NCBI GenBank assembly: GCA_043228905.1
Contig: JBHGNT010000022.1
Span: 1,364,001 to 1,428,000 of the forward strand
Length of the DNA: 64,000 bases
Source of the DNA: Azolla caroliniana
Taxonomy: Eukaryota; Plantae; Polypodiophyta
Direction: 5' to 3'
Translations under genes and position numbers: made by a program
Shown here: positions 13,601-26,100 of the stretch, piece by piece
How positions within the stretch are numbered: position 1 is the first letter of the stretch
Layout of the letters: every line of letters starts with the position of its first letter
The notes under the pieces: generated by a model
What the model was told of the DNA's origin: nothing
The model's database searches: none
What the model saw: only the letters and a program-made list of their open reading frames with translations

Positions 13601-13711
13601 CTTTCTCGACTTCATTCTTGAATGTTTGGAAGTGTCCGAACACTTAGCTCTTTTGCCGCATCGGGTAGATCCAAGTGTGCCTGGAGAAGTCGTCGATGAA
13701 GAGCACGTAAT

Positions 13712-14533
13712 TGTTGGGAGACAGGTCCCTCCGAATGGGAAGGGAGAAGAACAGTGCCGATGAACAAACTCAGCCGAGGCCGACAGGCTAAGGCCTAAAC
13801 CGGATGAGGAGTACCCGGCTACGGAGAGCCGGATGGTGCAGGCCCGGTATGAACCGGATGAGGAGTACCCGGCTACGGAGAGCCGGATGGTGCAGGCCCG
13901 GTATGAACCGGATGAGGAGTACCCGGCTACGGAGAGCCGGATGGTGCAGGCCCGGTATGAACCGGATGAGGAGTACTCGGATACGGAGAGCCGGATGGTG
14001 CAGGCCCGGTATGAACCGGATGAGGAGTACTCGGCTACGGAGAGCCGGATGGTACGGACCCGGTGAGAACCGGATGAAGAGACATATTCGTAAATATGTT
14101 TCTGAGAGCCCATTGAGGCTACATTTGTAAATAGCCAAAAAGTCATATTAGTATAAATATGACTTAGGGCAAACTTTTAGATAGAGTTGTTGTCATTTTC
14201 TGTTTTGCACGAGATTAGTGTGCGTAACTGTATAGAGAGAGAGAGAGAGAAAGAGGTTGTAGCCTCTGTTGTAACCGCCGCCTGTGGCAAAGATTTGTGA
14301 GCACGAGGTCGGTGCCTCAGTGAACTCACTGTTGTATATTCCTACATAGTGACAGTTTGCAGCCTGTGGGCTGCCGTGGTTTTTCCCCTAGTTTGGGGTT
14401 TTTCCACGTAAACCTCCTGTGTATTATTATTATTCTTCTCCACTGTGTCGTGCATTTGTTTCCCGTTTTCTGCGTATGAAAAGAAGCTCGGTTGTGGCCG
14501 AGCGTTGGACATAAGGAGCCTTGAGTTCCTTCA
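13712..14533 (+). mobile_element. Solo LTR inserted in copia D integrase
   Basis: TG..CA ends, perfect TSD GTAAT (13707-13711, 14534-14538), TATAAATA at 14152, GTGGTTTTTCCC..TTCCACGTAAA motif common in copia U5. Confidence 0.88.
13799..14078. repeat. 54-bp tandem repeat, ~5 copies, in the solo LTR
   Basis: CGGATGAGGAGTAC recurs at 13801, 13855 and onward; 18-aa periodic ORFs in several frames. Confidence 0.95.
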
Positions 14534-16391
14534 GTAATATCGGCATCCGCCAAATGTAGCCGTCTGTGCTGGTCCCCATACGTCAGAATGGACTACGTCG
14601 AGTAGACCTTTGCACACGTTCCGCTCTTTTGGGAATGGGTGTTGGTGTTGCTTGCCGAATTGGCACGTTTCGCATACACCTTCAATCTCCTTCTCTTTGA
14701 ATGTCGGGAGTCCGATGACGACTCCTTTCGATTTCATTGCTTTGAGTTTGTTGAGATTGATGTGGCCGATTCGCTTATGCCATAGCTCTATGTCGGAGTC
14801 GGCTTTTGTGCTTTTTGTGAACATGACGGATTTCATCTCGAGAATGAACATCCGGCCCTCTCTTCTTCCGCGCGTGATGATTCGGCCCTCTTTTCCGATG
14901 ACGCACCCTTCTTGGTCGAATCGTACTTGCATCCCTTGCTCAACCATTTGGCCGACCGAGACCAAATTCTTCGTGATGGTGGGAACATGCAAGACATTTT
15001 TAATGTATGTTTGCGTACCTCTTTCGCTGAATGGAACATTGTCGATGTGCCGAATCGGGTGCGTAGTGTCATCTCCGGTTTCGACATAACCGGATTGCTC
15101 TGGCTCTCGAAGTTCGAGAAACCATTCTTTATGAGATGTCATATTGTTTGAGGCTCTGGAGTCAACAAACCATACGTCCTCCGGATTGAAGGCACTAGTT
15201 GCGGTAGAGGCCGACATAGAGTTTGCTCTATGTTTCATCATGAACATTCCGCCACGGTCGGAGTTGTGTGCGTACATTCCGCCACGATCTTTATAGTCGG
15301 AGTTGTGCGCGTAATTCGTGAGTTGTCGGCGTGTGCAAACTGATTCACGCATCTTCTTTCGGCACTCTTCTTTGTGGTGGCCAAGCTTTCCTCAATATCT
15401 ACATTCGGTTGCATTCGGTTGCGAAGGTTCCTCGTTGGCTTCCGTTTTGCGGCCGAAATTGGGAGTTGTTATCGTAGGTCGGACCTCATCTGCCTTGTCC
15501 TTGGCCGAATCGGCCTCTCGATCGTCCGTGTCCTCTTCCTCCGTTCGAGTGCTTGTAGAGCATGTGGCCTTCCGACTCATTGTTCCTTGTACGCACGTGG
15601 TTTTCTTCGACCAATAGCATTGATTGGAGCTCGAAGAAGGAGGGAGATTTCTCTCGTGCTAGAACGGCGGTCCGCATCCCGCTGAACCGTGGTGCGAGGC
15701 CGCAAAGGCATATTTGAACCATCTCGTCATCATCTATATTTATGGTTATTGAGCCGACTGAATCGCAAAGCTCCTTGATCTTCGAGGTGTATGTCATAAT
15801 GGACATGTCCCTTTGTTGAATGTTGTTCAATTCTTGGCGGAGTTGAAGCCTTCTTGCGGTTGTGTTCGCCGCGAAAATCTTTCGTAGATTTTCCCATGCC
15901 TCCTTCGGTGACTTGGCTTCGCGAATGTAGCCGAGCATGTGATCATGAACACATGTCGCCAAGCAATACATCACGCGGCTTGCGGCTTGCTCCCATGTCG
16001 CATATCCGGGAGCCGCTTCGGCGGGTCGGTCTTCATGTGCTCCTTTGATGTAGCTCCAATAGCCTTGTCCGACAAGCTATTGGTGCATCTTGTACTCCCA
16101 AGATGCGAAGTTGTTTCGATCCAACTTGTCGGTAGGGAGAGCGCTCCCCATTTGAGTATTCATTATGTCGATTCTTCTTCTTCTTCTTCTCTCTTCGAAT
16201 GCGAGCTATGTACTGAAGCTACGATAGCGATGAGCCGGTTCTTGGTCCTCGGCGTAGAGCACAACACACGATCACGATGAGGCGAATGGGCTAGATCGAG
16301 CTACCAAATCGCTCTGATACCATGTAAAGAATCGAGTATGGATTCTGTGGAGTGGAATAGGTGTGAACGGTGTGTGTGTGTGTGTTGTGTG

Positions 16392-16443
<52 letters not shown>

Positions 16444-16894
16444 AATAATACACAGAGAATACACAAGGTAAAAGTATATTAACAAAGGAGGAAGACTCGA
16501 CAAAATACAATGTGGGAGGAGGGTGCTTTATATAGTCACCCTCTCTCTTCATTAACTACAAGACTCATGGAGCATGGGGAATGTGAAAGGTCATAAGTTA
16601 TGTGTCATAGAATATGATTCTATGACTCATACTAAATGCTAGAATACAAAGTGGTGACATAATGGTGACTCTTGACCGTTGGAGTGTCTATTCACTCTCA
16701 AGGTGAGTTCACACACTAGACCAAGTTGAGCATGATTCTCAACATCCTCTACAGCCGACAAGCGCAAGCACAGACAAGATTCTTCCTTCTGAACAAATAG
16801 GAACATGGATAGAGGTATGGACAACTCACTTGCAATAGAAAAGCTCGACAGGAGTAACTACGCATTTTGGTAGTACAAGATGCACCAATACCTG

Positions 16895-17504
16895 TGTGAC
16901 GAGTTACGTGCAAAATGTCTTAGACACAACCGGTTAAGCCGGATAATCAGCAGAGAATATACAAAGGTTTAATGGAAAGCTTGAACTACACAGAGTATGC
17001 AGGAGGGAGAGAGAGAGAGAGAGCACAACACACAGGAAAACTATATTAAAAAATAACACTCTGTGTAAACTCTGTACATACAATGTGCTCTGTGAGCACT
17101 TTTATACTAGTCCTTAAAAGGACCGATAGAAGTATTGCCAAGTACTTCAATGCTCGTATTAAGCCATGTCACAAACTCCCAAAAATATGCCTATCTAATA
17201 GGCTAGGACCGTACGCCACCTACCGGTTACACACATATTTGGATACCGATTTGGCTCCCTATTCCGAACACTGATCCAGCTCTTGGTTCCGGATGCCGAT
17301 CTGGCTCTGGGTTCCGGATACCGATTCGTTTCTTCGTTTCAAATGCTAATTCAGCTCTAGCTTATTTAGTCGATCCAAATCATGTTGAGCTTGTCCGCTC
17401 AACACTCCCCCTCAAGCTCAACTTGAGGTCGGATTGTGGTGTCTATTTGTTGTTGGTCCTTACTTCCAACTTCTCCTGGCGTCTTCCCGCCTCGCTCACT
17501 ATCG
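16895..17504 (-). mobile_element. Copia F 3' LTR (16895-17404), PPT and 3' UTR stub; A-like family
   Basis: Alignable to the A LTR; followed by the same CTCCCCCTCAAGCTCAACTTGAGGTCGGAT as at 1662. Confidence 0.85.
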
Positions 17505-18154
17505 TGTTGTTACGCGCGTGCGTGTAAAAGGGGCGGGACCATGGTGGTCTCGGACGAGAGAGAGATGGAGTATGGAAGTTCGAGCCTCACTTCTTCCCGC
17601 AACCGGCCAAGACACCAACCAGAGCGTTTCCGGATACGTACAGGGAGCAACCATATGGGAGAGGGAAAAGTGCGCGCACACAACACTTACTAGGCACACA
17701 CATCTTATGTACAAAAGCCAGAAATAAGGAACTCCAAAGACGCCGACAAAGATACAGATGCACAGAACTTCACTATATATATATATATATGTATGTACAA
17801 GAGAAAGATACAACTCTGGCTCCGAGCCGGACTGAGGTAGGCTAGGTCACAACAGCAGTTTGCCGCCAAGCCGCCGTCGGGGAGCTCTCGAGCTTGTCGC
17901 GCAGAGTGGGATCTTGCACAGGAGGCCAAGCAGAAGTAAGCCCCCACAGAACATCCAAGCTCTTCACTGGGCTACTGAAAGAACTCTAAAGTAAGAAGAA
18001 GAAGAAGAACTAACACACATTCGACCTAAGTGGTATACCCTCCTAACTCAAAATGGGCAACCCCTTCACAAGAGGCACTCCCTTCCTTTTATAGAACAAG
18101 GAGAGGGATGCATTATAATGTGGGATAAATACTCCCCCATATTCTATACACCGT
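17505..18154 (-). repeat. Partial LTR related to element L LTR
   Basis: GGGCGGGACCATGG..TCTCGGAC near its start matches 59670-59700; interrupted by element H. Confidence 0.55.
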
Positions 18155-19650
18155 TGTTGTAGTGTAATTCGCACACTACATGAAAAACTTATAAAGTAAC
18201 GTTTAAGTAAATTTGAAGAAATAGAAGAAAATGTCAAAATAAATAATACATGCATAGGGCAAGCTTCAAACCTTGCACCTCCATGTTAATAATGTGAAAC
18301 CTTGCCATTACACTAGCATTTCATTAGTGTTAAAAAGTAGATGTCCTACATAGAAAGGTAAGTTCATGTAGGATAAACTTTAGTTAAAAGAAAACGCATG
18401 CTAAAAGAAAAAGCTACGCATGCACATCTAGCGTGCATGAATGCTATAGTTGATAAAAAAAGCGCACAAGTTAGAAAAAGCATGATCACTTTAGATAAAG
18501 CATATAGTCTATCTATAGGAAAAACATGGAGTCTATAGTTAGAGAAGAAAAGGCATGGATTGCTAAGACTCCCTCATCACTACATAAGGATGGGGAGCAC
18601 AATGTAAAAGGTGTGTGAAAAATATTTGGAAACTGGATATGTTTCTAAAAACCACCAATTAATAAACTATCCTCGTGGGATTCACGAGGATTCTATATCA
18701 TTCTCTTTCAACCCAAATTTATATTCTTATATTCATATTGATTAATCTAATACAATACACTCGTGGGATTCACGAGTTTGCTATAACTCTTTCTTACAAC
18801 ATATTTATATTCTTATTAGCCTTAAAACTCTCCTCTTCCTAGTCCAAAACCCCAACGGTACCCACCTGACTCACGCAAACGATCTGGCGCCGAAAGGCAC
18901 GACACAAGTGGTGAACCCGACGTGAAGAGGGGTGGTAAGCAGATGGAGAATCAACAAGAAGCGATGAATATGATGATGATGATGATTAAGCGGATGCAAG
19001 AAGAGCAACGCACAATGTCGGAGATGAAATTGGCAGTAGTGCGGCTTGTTCAAAGAAACGGGGCATTCAACGGAAAGGATGTGTCACGCTATCTATGCGA
19101 ATACAAGGCCGAGATGATGCGATGTGGGATACCGGAAGGATTGCAAGTGACATCCTTCAATTGAGTAGTCATAGATGAGTTACAAGAGAGAATCCACAAA
19201 ATAGGGCAACAAAACCCGACATGGGAGTTCTTTGAAGAAGCTTTACGAGAGGCATATGATTTCAAGAGATCAAAGGGACAAGATTGGTGAGACTTCGACG
19301 AATGGGTGGCATCAGACAAGACCTAAGTATTCCTAGAGTTCGAGCATCGTTTTGCTCGACTCTCGAAGCGGGAACAAAGATTCGTGGGAGAGGATAAAGT
19401 CCTAATGTTCGTAAAATTGATTGATCGAAAAGAAAGGATGGACATCGGGATCAAACTCGAAGACGATGACGGTGCGAATGGTCTTACCGAAGATTCGGCC
19501 GAAGTCCAAAGGGTATGCTAGAGACATGATGAGAGGAAGATGAGAATCTTGTCAATGACATGGCCCATGAAGTATGGTCGATTGAAGACAAACGATGGAG
19601 CCGATATGAAGGCCGAAATACAACATGATGGTGCGACGGAAGAGGGTGTA
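18155..19650 (+). mobile_element. Gypsy H 5' part: LTR 18155-18904, Trp PBS, truncated gag
   Basis: LTR ends CACGACA; gag-like FNGKDVSRYLCEYKAEM..; left flank CCGT. Confidence 0.85.
18909..18926 (+). other. PBS complementary to tRNA-Trp(CCA)
   Basis: TGGTGAACCCGACGTGAA is the complement of the plant tRNA-Trp 3' end as I recall it (TTCACGTCGGGTTCACCA). Confidence 0.85.
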
Positions 19651-19654
19651 AAAC

Positions 19655-19814
19655 AAGCTACCCTATTTGATTGTTCTACTCTATTTGATTGTGTACTTGA
19701 TCCGGACATTCACGTTTACAATATCGATAATGTCTCGGTTCAATTAACATATTTTGAACAACAACAACTTGATGAAATCTTAAATGATTTTCGTGATGTT
19801 TTTCCGAGTGAACT
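19655..19814 (+). pseudogene. Short fragment of X-family gypsy PR-RT linker
   Basis: [32 protein letters not shown] matches 39140-39272. Confidence 0.8.
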
Positions 19815-20450
19815 TGTTGTCCGCCGGAATAGTAACCGACGGCCAAAAGCGTAGGAATAAGAAACTATATAAGCGTAACGTATGTAACGGTTCACGCGGG
19901 AAGCGTGAACGGCTAATTAGACCCTGCATATATAAAGGGCAGAAAACCTCTTAAGGAGGTGCGTGTAAATTTTGGGAAATGTAAAAGAACGCCTGATAAT
20001 AGAATACTATCTTCTCTGAGTTTCTGCGTATAGCTGTGACTAATTCATTGTCTGTGTCTTGGATACGTAAGCGTAGTAGTACGTAAGTGCAAACCTGTGA
20101 TAAGGAGTCGGTTGTAGACGTCTCCCCTTAACACACGGAGGAATCACAAAGGTTCTCTCATTACGCAGTACGCTTAAGCTGTGTCCGTTGTTCCACACCC
20201 ACCTTGGGGTCTAGGTCGAAGGACTAACCACGGACCGTGTTCCTTAGAGGCAACACTTTTGGCACGCTTGGTGATCTGTGTTTCTTCATAGACGAGCAAC
20301 AACGAATGGATGTTTAGCCGCAGACGACCCAAAGAACCAACAAGACAAGACCGGCCAATAACAAGGTCCATCACACGGCAGGCAAAAGAACGCGCCCGGC
20401 AAAAGCCGCGCATCGGCGACCTCAGTACTACCTGCCAGGAGCGCAAAGGG
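19815..20450 (+). mobile_element. LTR J (19815-20255), degenerate PBS and start of gag; possibly Tat/Athila-like
   Basis: TGTTG..CAACA ends, TATATAAA at 19929, TGGCACGCTTGGTG at 20260 resembles Arg-type PBS, PITRS N-terminal motif. Confidence 0.55.
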
Positions 20451-22750
20451 GAGTTTTTAGCTGTGGTTGACTCTTTCGAGCAATGGCGACATTTCTTGGA
20501 AGGATCGCCTCATCAAATCACCATTTCTAGTGATCATAAAAATCTTACGTATTTTCAAACAACTCGAGTGTTAAATAGGAGACAGGCTCGGCGGGCACAA
20601 TTTCTAACTCGTTTTGATTTCAATATCATTTTTTGCCCTGGGAAACAACAAGGGAAAGCAGATGCCCTATCTCGACGATCATATCTTGCACTTCGTCTTG
20701 GAGACCCAGCCTTCGACAATCAAAAGCAAATTCTCCTAGGACCATCAAAGCTACAAGTTACCAACAACAGTTTATGTCACGCCACTTGAATCAAGCCTTG
20801 TGGATACTATTCGGCAATGAATTCACTTTGATGATTTCGCTAAGGATGTCTTAGCCCACATTAGTCCAAGCCATGCATCTTGCTCCACATTGCAAGGGTC
20901 ATCTCAACACTATCAGGAATTCAAATGCCAATATGGCTTACTCTTTTACAAGAATCTCCTTTACGTCCCTGATGGATCACCTCACCTTCAAGTCCTGATG
21001 CCCCTATGGCTGGACATTTGGTATTACCATGACCATGGAGTTGGTTAAGCGCTTGTTTTGGTGGCCTCATTTGCAAAACTTTGTCAAAGATTATGTTCGT
21101 ACATGTGACACTTGTCGTCGAGCCAAAATATCCAGGCATCATCTTTATGGCTTGTTACAACTATTACCGTCTCCAACTAAGCCGTGACAATCTATTTCTA
21201 TGGATTTCATTACGGATTTGCCACCTTCAAAAGGATTTGATACTATTTTAACAATAGTCGATCGATTTACCAAGATGGCGCATTTTTTACCATGTGTGAA
21301 GAGCATCAGTAGTCAGGAAACTGCAGATCTCATTATGCGTGAAGTGTTTCGTCATCATGGTCTTCCAGACAATATAATTAGTGATCGCAGTCCCCAATTT
21401 ATCTTTCACTTTTGGAAGCACCTATGGGCAAGCCTCAGAATCTCCTGCAAACTCTTGTCGGCTTATCATCCACAAACTGACGGACAAACAGAGCACACAA
21501 ATCAAACGCTCAAGCAGTATCTTCGTTGCTTCATTAGTGATCAACAAGATTATTGGAGTAATATTTTACATCTCGCTGGGTTTGCATACAATAATATGGT
21601 ACACTCTTCTACCAAGGTTACACGTTTCTTTTCCTACACTTGCAACCATCCTCTATGGTGTATCGTAGATCTTCCCGAGGTTGCACGAAACCCTAGTGTT
21701 GAGCATCACCTTCATCGACTACGCTAGATCCAGTTAGCGTTATCTTCACATCTTCAGGCAGCTCAAGCACAACATAAGACTAATGCAGATCACTATCGTC
21801 TTAAGTCTCCTTTTCATGTTGGTGATCGAGTATGGTTGCTTCGTCGTGACATCAAGACTACTTGAGCTTGTGAGAAACTCGATTATTAGCGCTTAGGTCC
21901 TTTTCTCATCATGGCGCAGATTAATGATGCAACCTTTCGTCTTAACGTTTCAGCACACAACGGCTTCACCTAGTCTTTCATAGCTCTCTTTTGGAACCTT
22001 ATCGCACCTCTTCCATTCCTAATCGAGTCGTGCCACCTCCGCCCTCGGTCGAACTTGCTGACGACCTGAATATGAGGTAGCTGTTATTCTTGATTCTAAG
22101 ATTGTGTGCAATAAACTCTATTATCTGGTTGATTGGGTACGCTATCCTCCGAGTGATCGCACTTGGGAACCCGCCAATAATGGTTCTAATGCTCAAGCTC
22201 TTGTCGACGACTTCCATCGCCGCTATCCAAACAAACCGGGCCCTACATTGTTAATGCCGACTTCCACTCATCGATCTCGAAGGGGAGATAGTGTCATGAA
22301 TACATAAACATCATGGCTTCACCTGGGCTTGAACCCAAGAGCTTGTAATACATAATCAACAACCCCACCATTAAGATAGCCCATGATCATATGAGATGAT
22401 AAAAGCTACTTCTTGTAATACACTGATTATTGTAAATACTCTGGAACATTCTAGAACATTCTAGAATATCCTAGACTATCCTAGAACATTCTAGAATATC
22501 CTAGAACATCTTAGACTATTCTAGGTGAAGAACATTCTAGAACATTCTAGAAATCTCTAGGCTATTCTATGGGCACCTATAAATAAGGGCATACATGAAC
22601 TCTCAAATCAATTGGAATCAACACCAATCTTAAGCTCTCATCGCCTATCTTGTATCCATACTCATTCTACTTTAATACATTCATTCTTCTCTTCTTATGA
22701 TCTCTTTATACCTTTCTTCTGTCACTCTATCTTCTCTCTTGGTTGTGACA
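20451..22750 (+). mobile_element. Tcn1/Tf1-like chromovirus G2, 3' half: RH, INT, chromodomain, PPT, 3' LTR 22292-22750
   Basis: [61 protein letters not shown] followed by TGTCA..TGACA. Confidence 0.92.
22441..22568 (+). promoter_or_regulatory. Heat-shock-element-like array (10-bp CTAGAACATT repeats) upstream of the LTR TATA box
   Basis: Alternating GAAnnTTCnnGAA units; TATAAATA at 22578. Confidence 0.65.
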
Positions 22751-23173
22751 GTCACCATGGTGGGTCTTTTCCTGGTTGTAAATCAATGGGACAATCATGC
22801 GGTCGATGGTGAGGAAGATTACTGGCTTGTACCTTATCAAACATGTCAGCATAATGACGATACTTCTTTAGAAGTTGAACTATGGATTCCTCTTTAGTGG
22901 TGGTGGAAGGTTTCACTGATACGGCGAATACAAACATTGATTCCTTGTGTCCTTCCTCACGCAGTTGATGTAGTGAAATGGTTGAAATCTTATGAGTAGA
23001 TTCTCGAGGTTGTCGATACCGGATTTCTCTTGTTCTCCAATCTATGTATGGATTGTGTAACTCGAACCACTAATTATATTGAATGATACTACACATGCCA
23101 AATTATCTAGGACAACACTAAATCGCTTTATCTCTTCTACGATATTTCCGGAAGCAATGGGGTGTGACCATCA

Positions 23174-26100
23174 TGTTGGGGACAAAGGCCGTGTCGATGC
23201 GGAAGATCAAATAGCATTCGATTGGAGTTGAGTACCTGCGTATGACAGTTTGCAAGATCGTGCACAGAGACAGAGAGAGAGAGAGACACACACACACAAA
23301 AGACTCTTTATTCAATAGAAAAGAATAATACAACCAACCTTACAAAAAGGTTACAAGGTCACTTTATATAGTGACCGACTTAGGGCAACTACCATTTATG
23401 CTAATTACACAAATGGCCCAAACTTGATCTATACAAAGAGATAGTGTGAATACGTCCATTATACACTTGTATTCGACACTCCCCCGTAATGGGCGTATAC
23501 ATGGGTTATCTAAGATTACAGGTATAAACCTAGGTTCTCGGACATATCAGTTTTGTTCGAGTCGGCAGGGTCCGAAGGCAGAAGACCGGACTGGTCGGGT
23601 CGGAAGAGTTGAAGCCGATCATTAAGGAACTGATGTCGGTTGTCGGAAACCATCCTGCGCTGTGTCCGGCTCTAACCGGACTGATTTGTCATTACGCCCA
23701 TCTGATGCCGAAGGGACCGAAAGCGGTCTGCCGAAAGACACTTGGTCATTCCATCTGCGACATTGTCGGTTGTCGATATTTTCTCTAGACCGATTTTCCC
23801 TGAAATGACGCAGTCCCGAACGAAGTGATATCGAACGTCGATATGTTTGGAGGCGTTGTGGTGAACCGGATTTTTCGACAAGGCAACAGCACCTTGACTG
23901 TCGCTGTAGACAACTGGGGCCGAGTCATGGTCGACTTGTCGAAACGTGTGCGCCAGCCGGCCGAGCCACAAAGCTTCTTTTGCAGCGTCGGACGCAGCTA
24001 CATATTCTGCTTCGGTCGTTGAGGTCGCTGTGCACTCCTGAAGTTTCGACTTCCACGAAATTGCTCCATTGCCGAATTTGAAGCAGTATCCAGTTGTTGA
24101 TTTCCGACTGTCTATACAGCCAGCGAAGTCCGAGTCGATGTAACCGACTACGCCTGAGGTTGAGTTCGGACCGAAAAGAATGCCGTGGTCTTTTGTGCCA
24201 GCCAGATATTTGAACACATGCTTGACTGCGTTCCAATGCGATCGGCCAGGATTGTGCATAAATCTGCTAACGACTCCTACGGCATGAGAAATATCAGGCC
24301 GTGTCGCGACCATCAGGTACATAAGGGAGCCGACTGCCGGTGCATACGGTACCGACTTCATATCTTCCCCCTCCGGACCGGATGTCGGGCAGTCTCGCTG
24401 AGAGAGCCGAAGATTCATGGGGAGCGGGGTTGAAGCAGATTTGGCTGATTGCATGTTGAAGCGTTCCAAGACACGTCCGATATAGTCGGTCTGAGACAAA
24501 AAAAGATTTCGTTGATCGCGATGACGACTAATCTTCATGCCAAGTATGTGTCGTGCCGGACCGAGGTCCTTCATGGCAAACTTCAACCGCAGTTGCCGAA
24601 TGAGATCGGCAAGTTCGCCCGCGTGGCGTCCAGAAATTAGCATGTCGTCCACGTAAATGATGAGGAAGATGGGTGATCCATCTTGAGCTGTGTTGGTAAA
24701 AAAACAATGGTCCTCATCGCTTTTTGAGAAGCCGATCGATTGGATGAAGTCGTCGAACTTCTTGTACCATTGTCGCGGTGCCTGTTTGAGGCCGTATAGA
24801 CTCTTCCTGAGTTGGCAGACTAGATGTTCTTGGCTAGTTACCACGAAGCCTTTTGGCTGCTCCATATAAATTTCCTCTTCAAGATCACCATGGAGGAATG
24901 TTGTTTTGACATCTAGCTGAATCAGCTCCAAGTTGTCGGCTGCCACTACGCCGAGTAGAAAACGAAGGGTTGTCATTTTCACCACTGGTGAAAAAATCTC
25001 GTCGAAGTCGACGCCATATTCTTGTCGAAAGCCCTTCGCAACTAATCTGGCCTTGTACTTTGGGGTGGTCGAATCAGACGTCTCTTTTAGTCGATAAACC
25101 CACTTGCAAGGAAGAGCACGTCGGTTCCTAGGTAATTCGACCAGATCCCAAGTCTTGTTTGCCCGAATGGAGTGCATTTCCGACTCCATCGCCAGATGCC
25201 AGGTGGCAGAATCGACAGATGTCGATGCTTCTTCGTAAGACGTCGGTTCGCCGGCGTCGGTGAAGAAAATTCCAGGAGAATACCTCTCCGGAGGTTGCGA
25301 CAGTCTCTCGGATCGTCGAGGTATGATTGGACTGGTCGCATCGGGTATCGAGGTCGGATGGTCCGAAAGCTGCTGTGCCGAGTCAGAGTTGTCCGAATCG
25401 GTAGTGTAAGGTTCAGCTACCCGTGAAGCTGACCGTGTGTTAAGAGCGGGGCCTTCTTGAAGGGTCGGCACATCGGAAAATGTTACCCTTCGGACTTCGA
25501 TCGGTGTTTTGACTGATGGATTCATAGCCGACTCGTTGAACACAACGTCCGAACTTCGGACGATTTGTCTGCGTTCGGGGTCCCAGAGTCGGTATCCCAT
25601 TTCGCCGTCGGATCCATATCCAAGGAAAATGCATTTCCTGGTCCGAGGTGCAAGTTTTCGGCGATCATCTTTCGGAATAAGGGCGTACGCCTCGCATCCG
25701 AAGATCCTCAGCTTGTCGTAATTCGGCTTACTGCCGATCCATAGTTCCTGAGGAATTTGAAGTCCTAGAGGTCTACTTGGCGACATATTGATTATGTGTA
25801 CTGCCGTGAGTAGAGCCTCTGCCCAGAAGCCATCCGACAGTCCGGAGTGTTGGAGCATGGAAACTATCCGTTCTTGGATTGTCCGATTCATTCGTTCTGC
25901 AATCCCGTTTTGCTCCGGACTGTGTGGTGCCGTAAATTCACGTCGGATGCCGCGTTGTCCGCAGAATTTGACGAATTCTTCTGATTTGAACTCTCCCCCA
26001 TTGTCGGTCCGAAAGCATTTCAGTTTTCGGTCGGTTTGATTTTCTACCATAGCGAGCCAATCGGAGAAGATCGAGAAGACACGATCTTTGGTGCGAATTG

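Larger units (their letters stand above)
11198..16165 (-). pseudogene. Copia D gag-pol, fragmented
   Basis: 426-aa RT/RH ORF (QMDVKNAFL, LYVDDL, YTDADWAG), INT LRSDGGKEY, PR WFVDSRASN, gag ARRLQLRQELNN. Confidence 0.92.
10550..16744 (-). mobile_element. Full-length decayed Ty1/copia element D
   Basis: LTRs 10550-10958 and 16323-16744, PBS GCTCTGATACCA 16311-16322, PPT 10959-10970; no TSD visible. Confidence 0.93.
10135..16894 (+). mobile_element. Copia E 5' remnant (LTR to 10522, PBS 10523-10533, gag start ~16806), interrupted by copia D
   Basis: LTR homologous to the reverse complement of the A LTR; TGGTATCAGAG; EKLDRSNYAFW*YKMHQYL at 16836-16894. Confidence 0.8.

Noticed and set aside
13788-14146. 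54-bp repeat as CRISPR array or repeat protein
   Set aside because: No unique spacers; eukaryotic LTR context; ORFs in all frames
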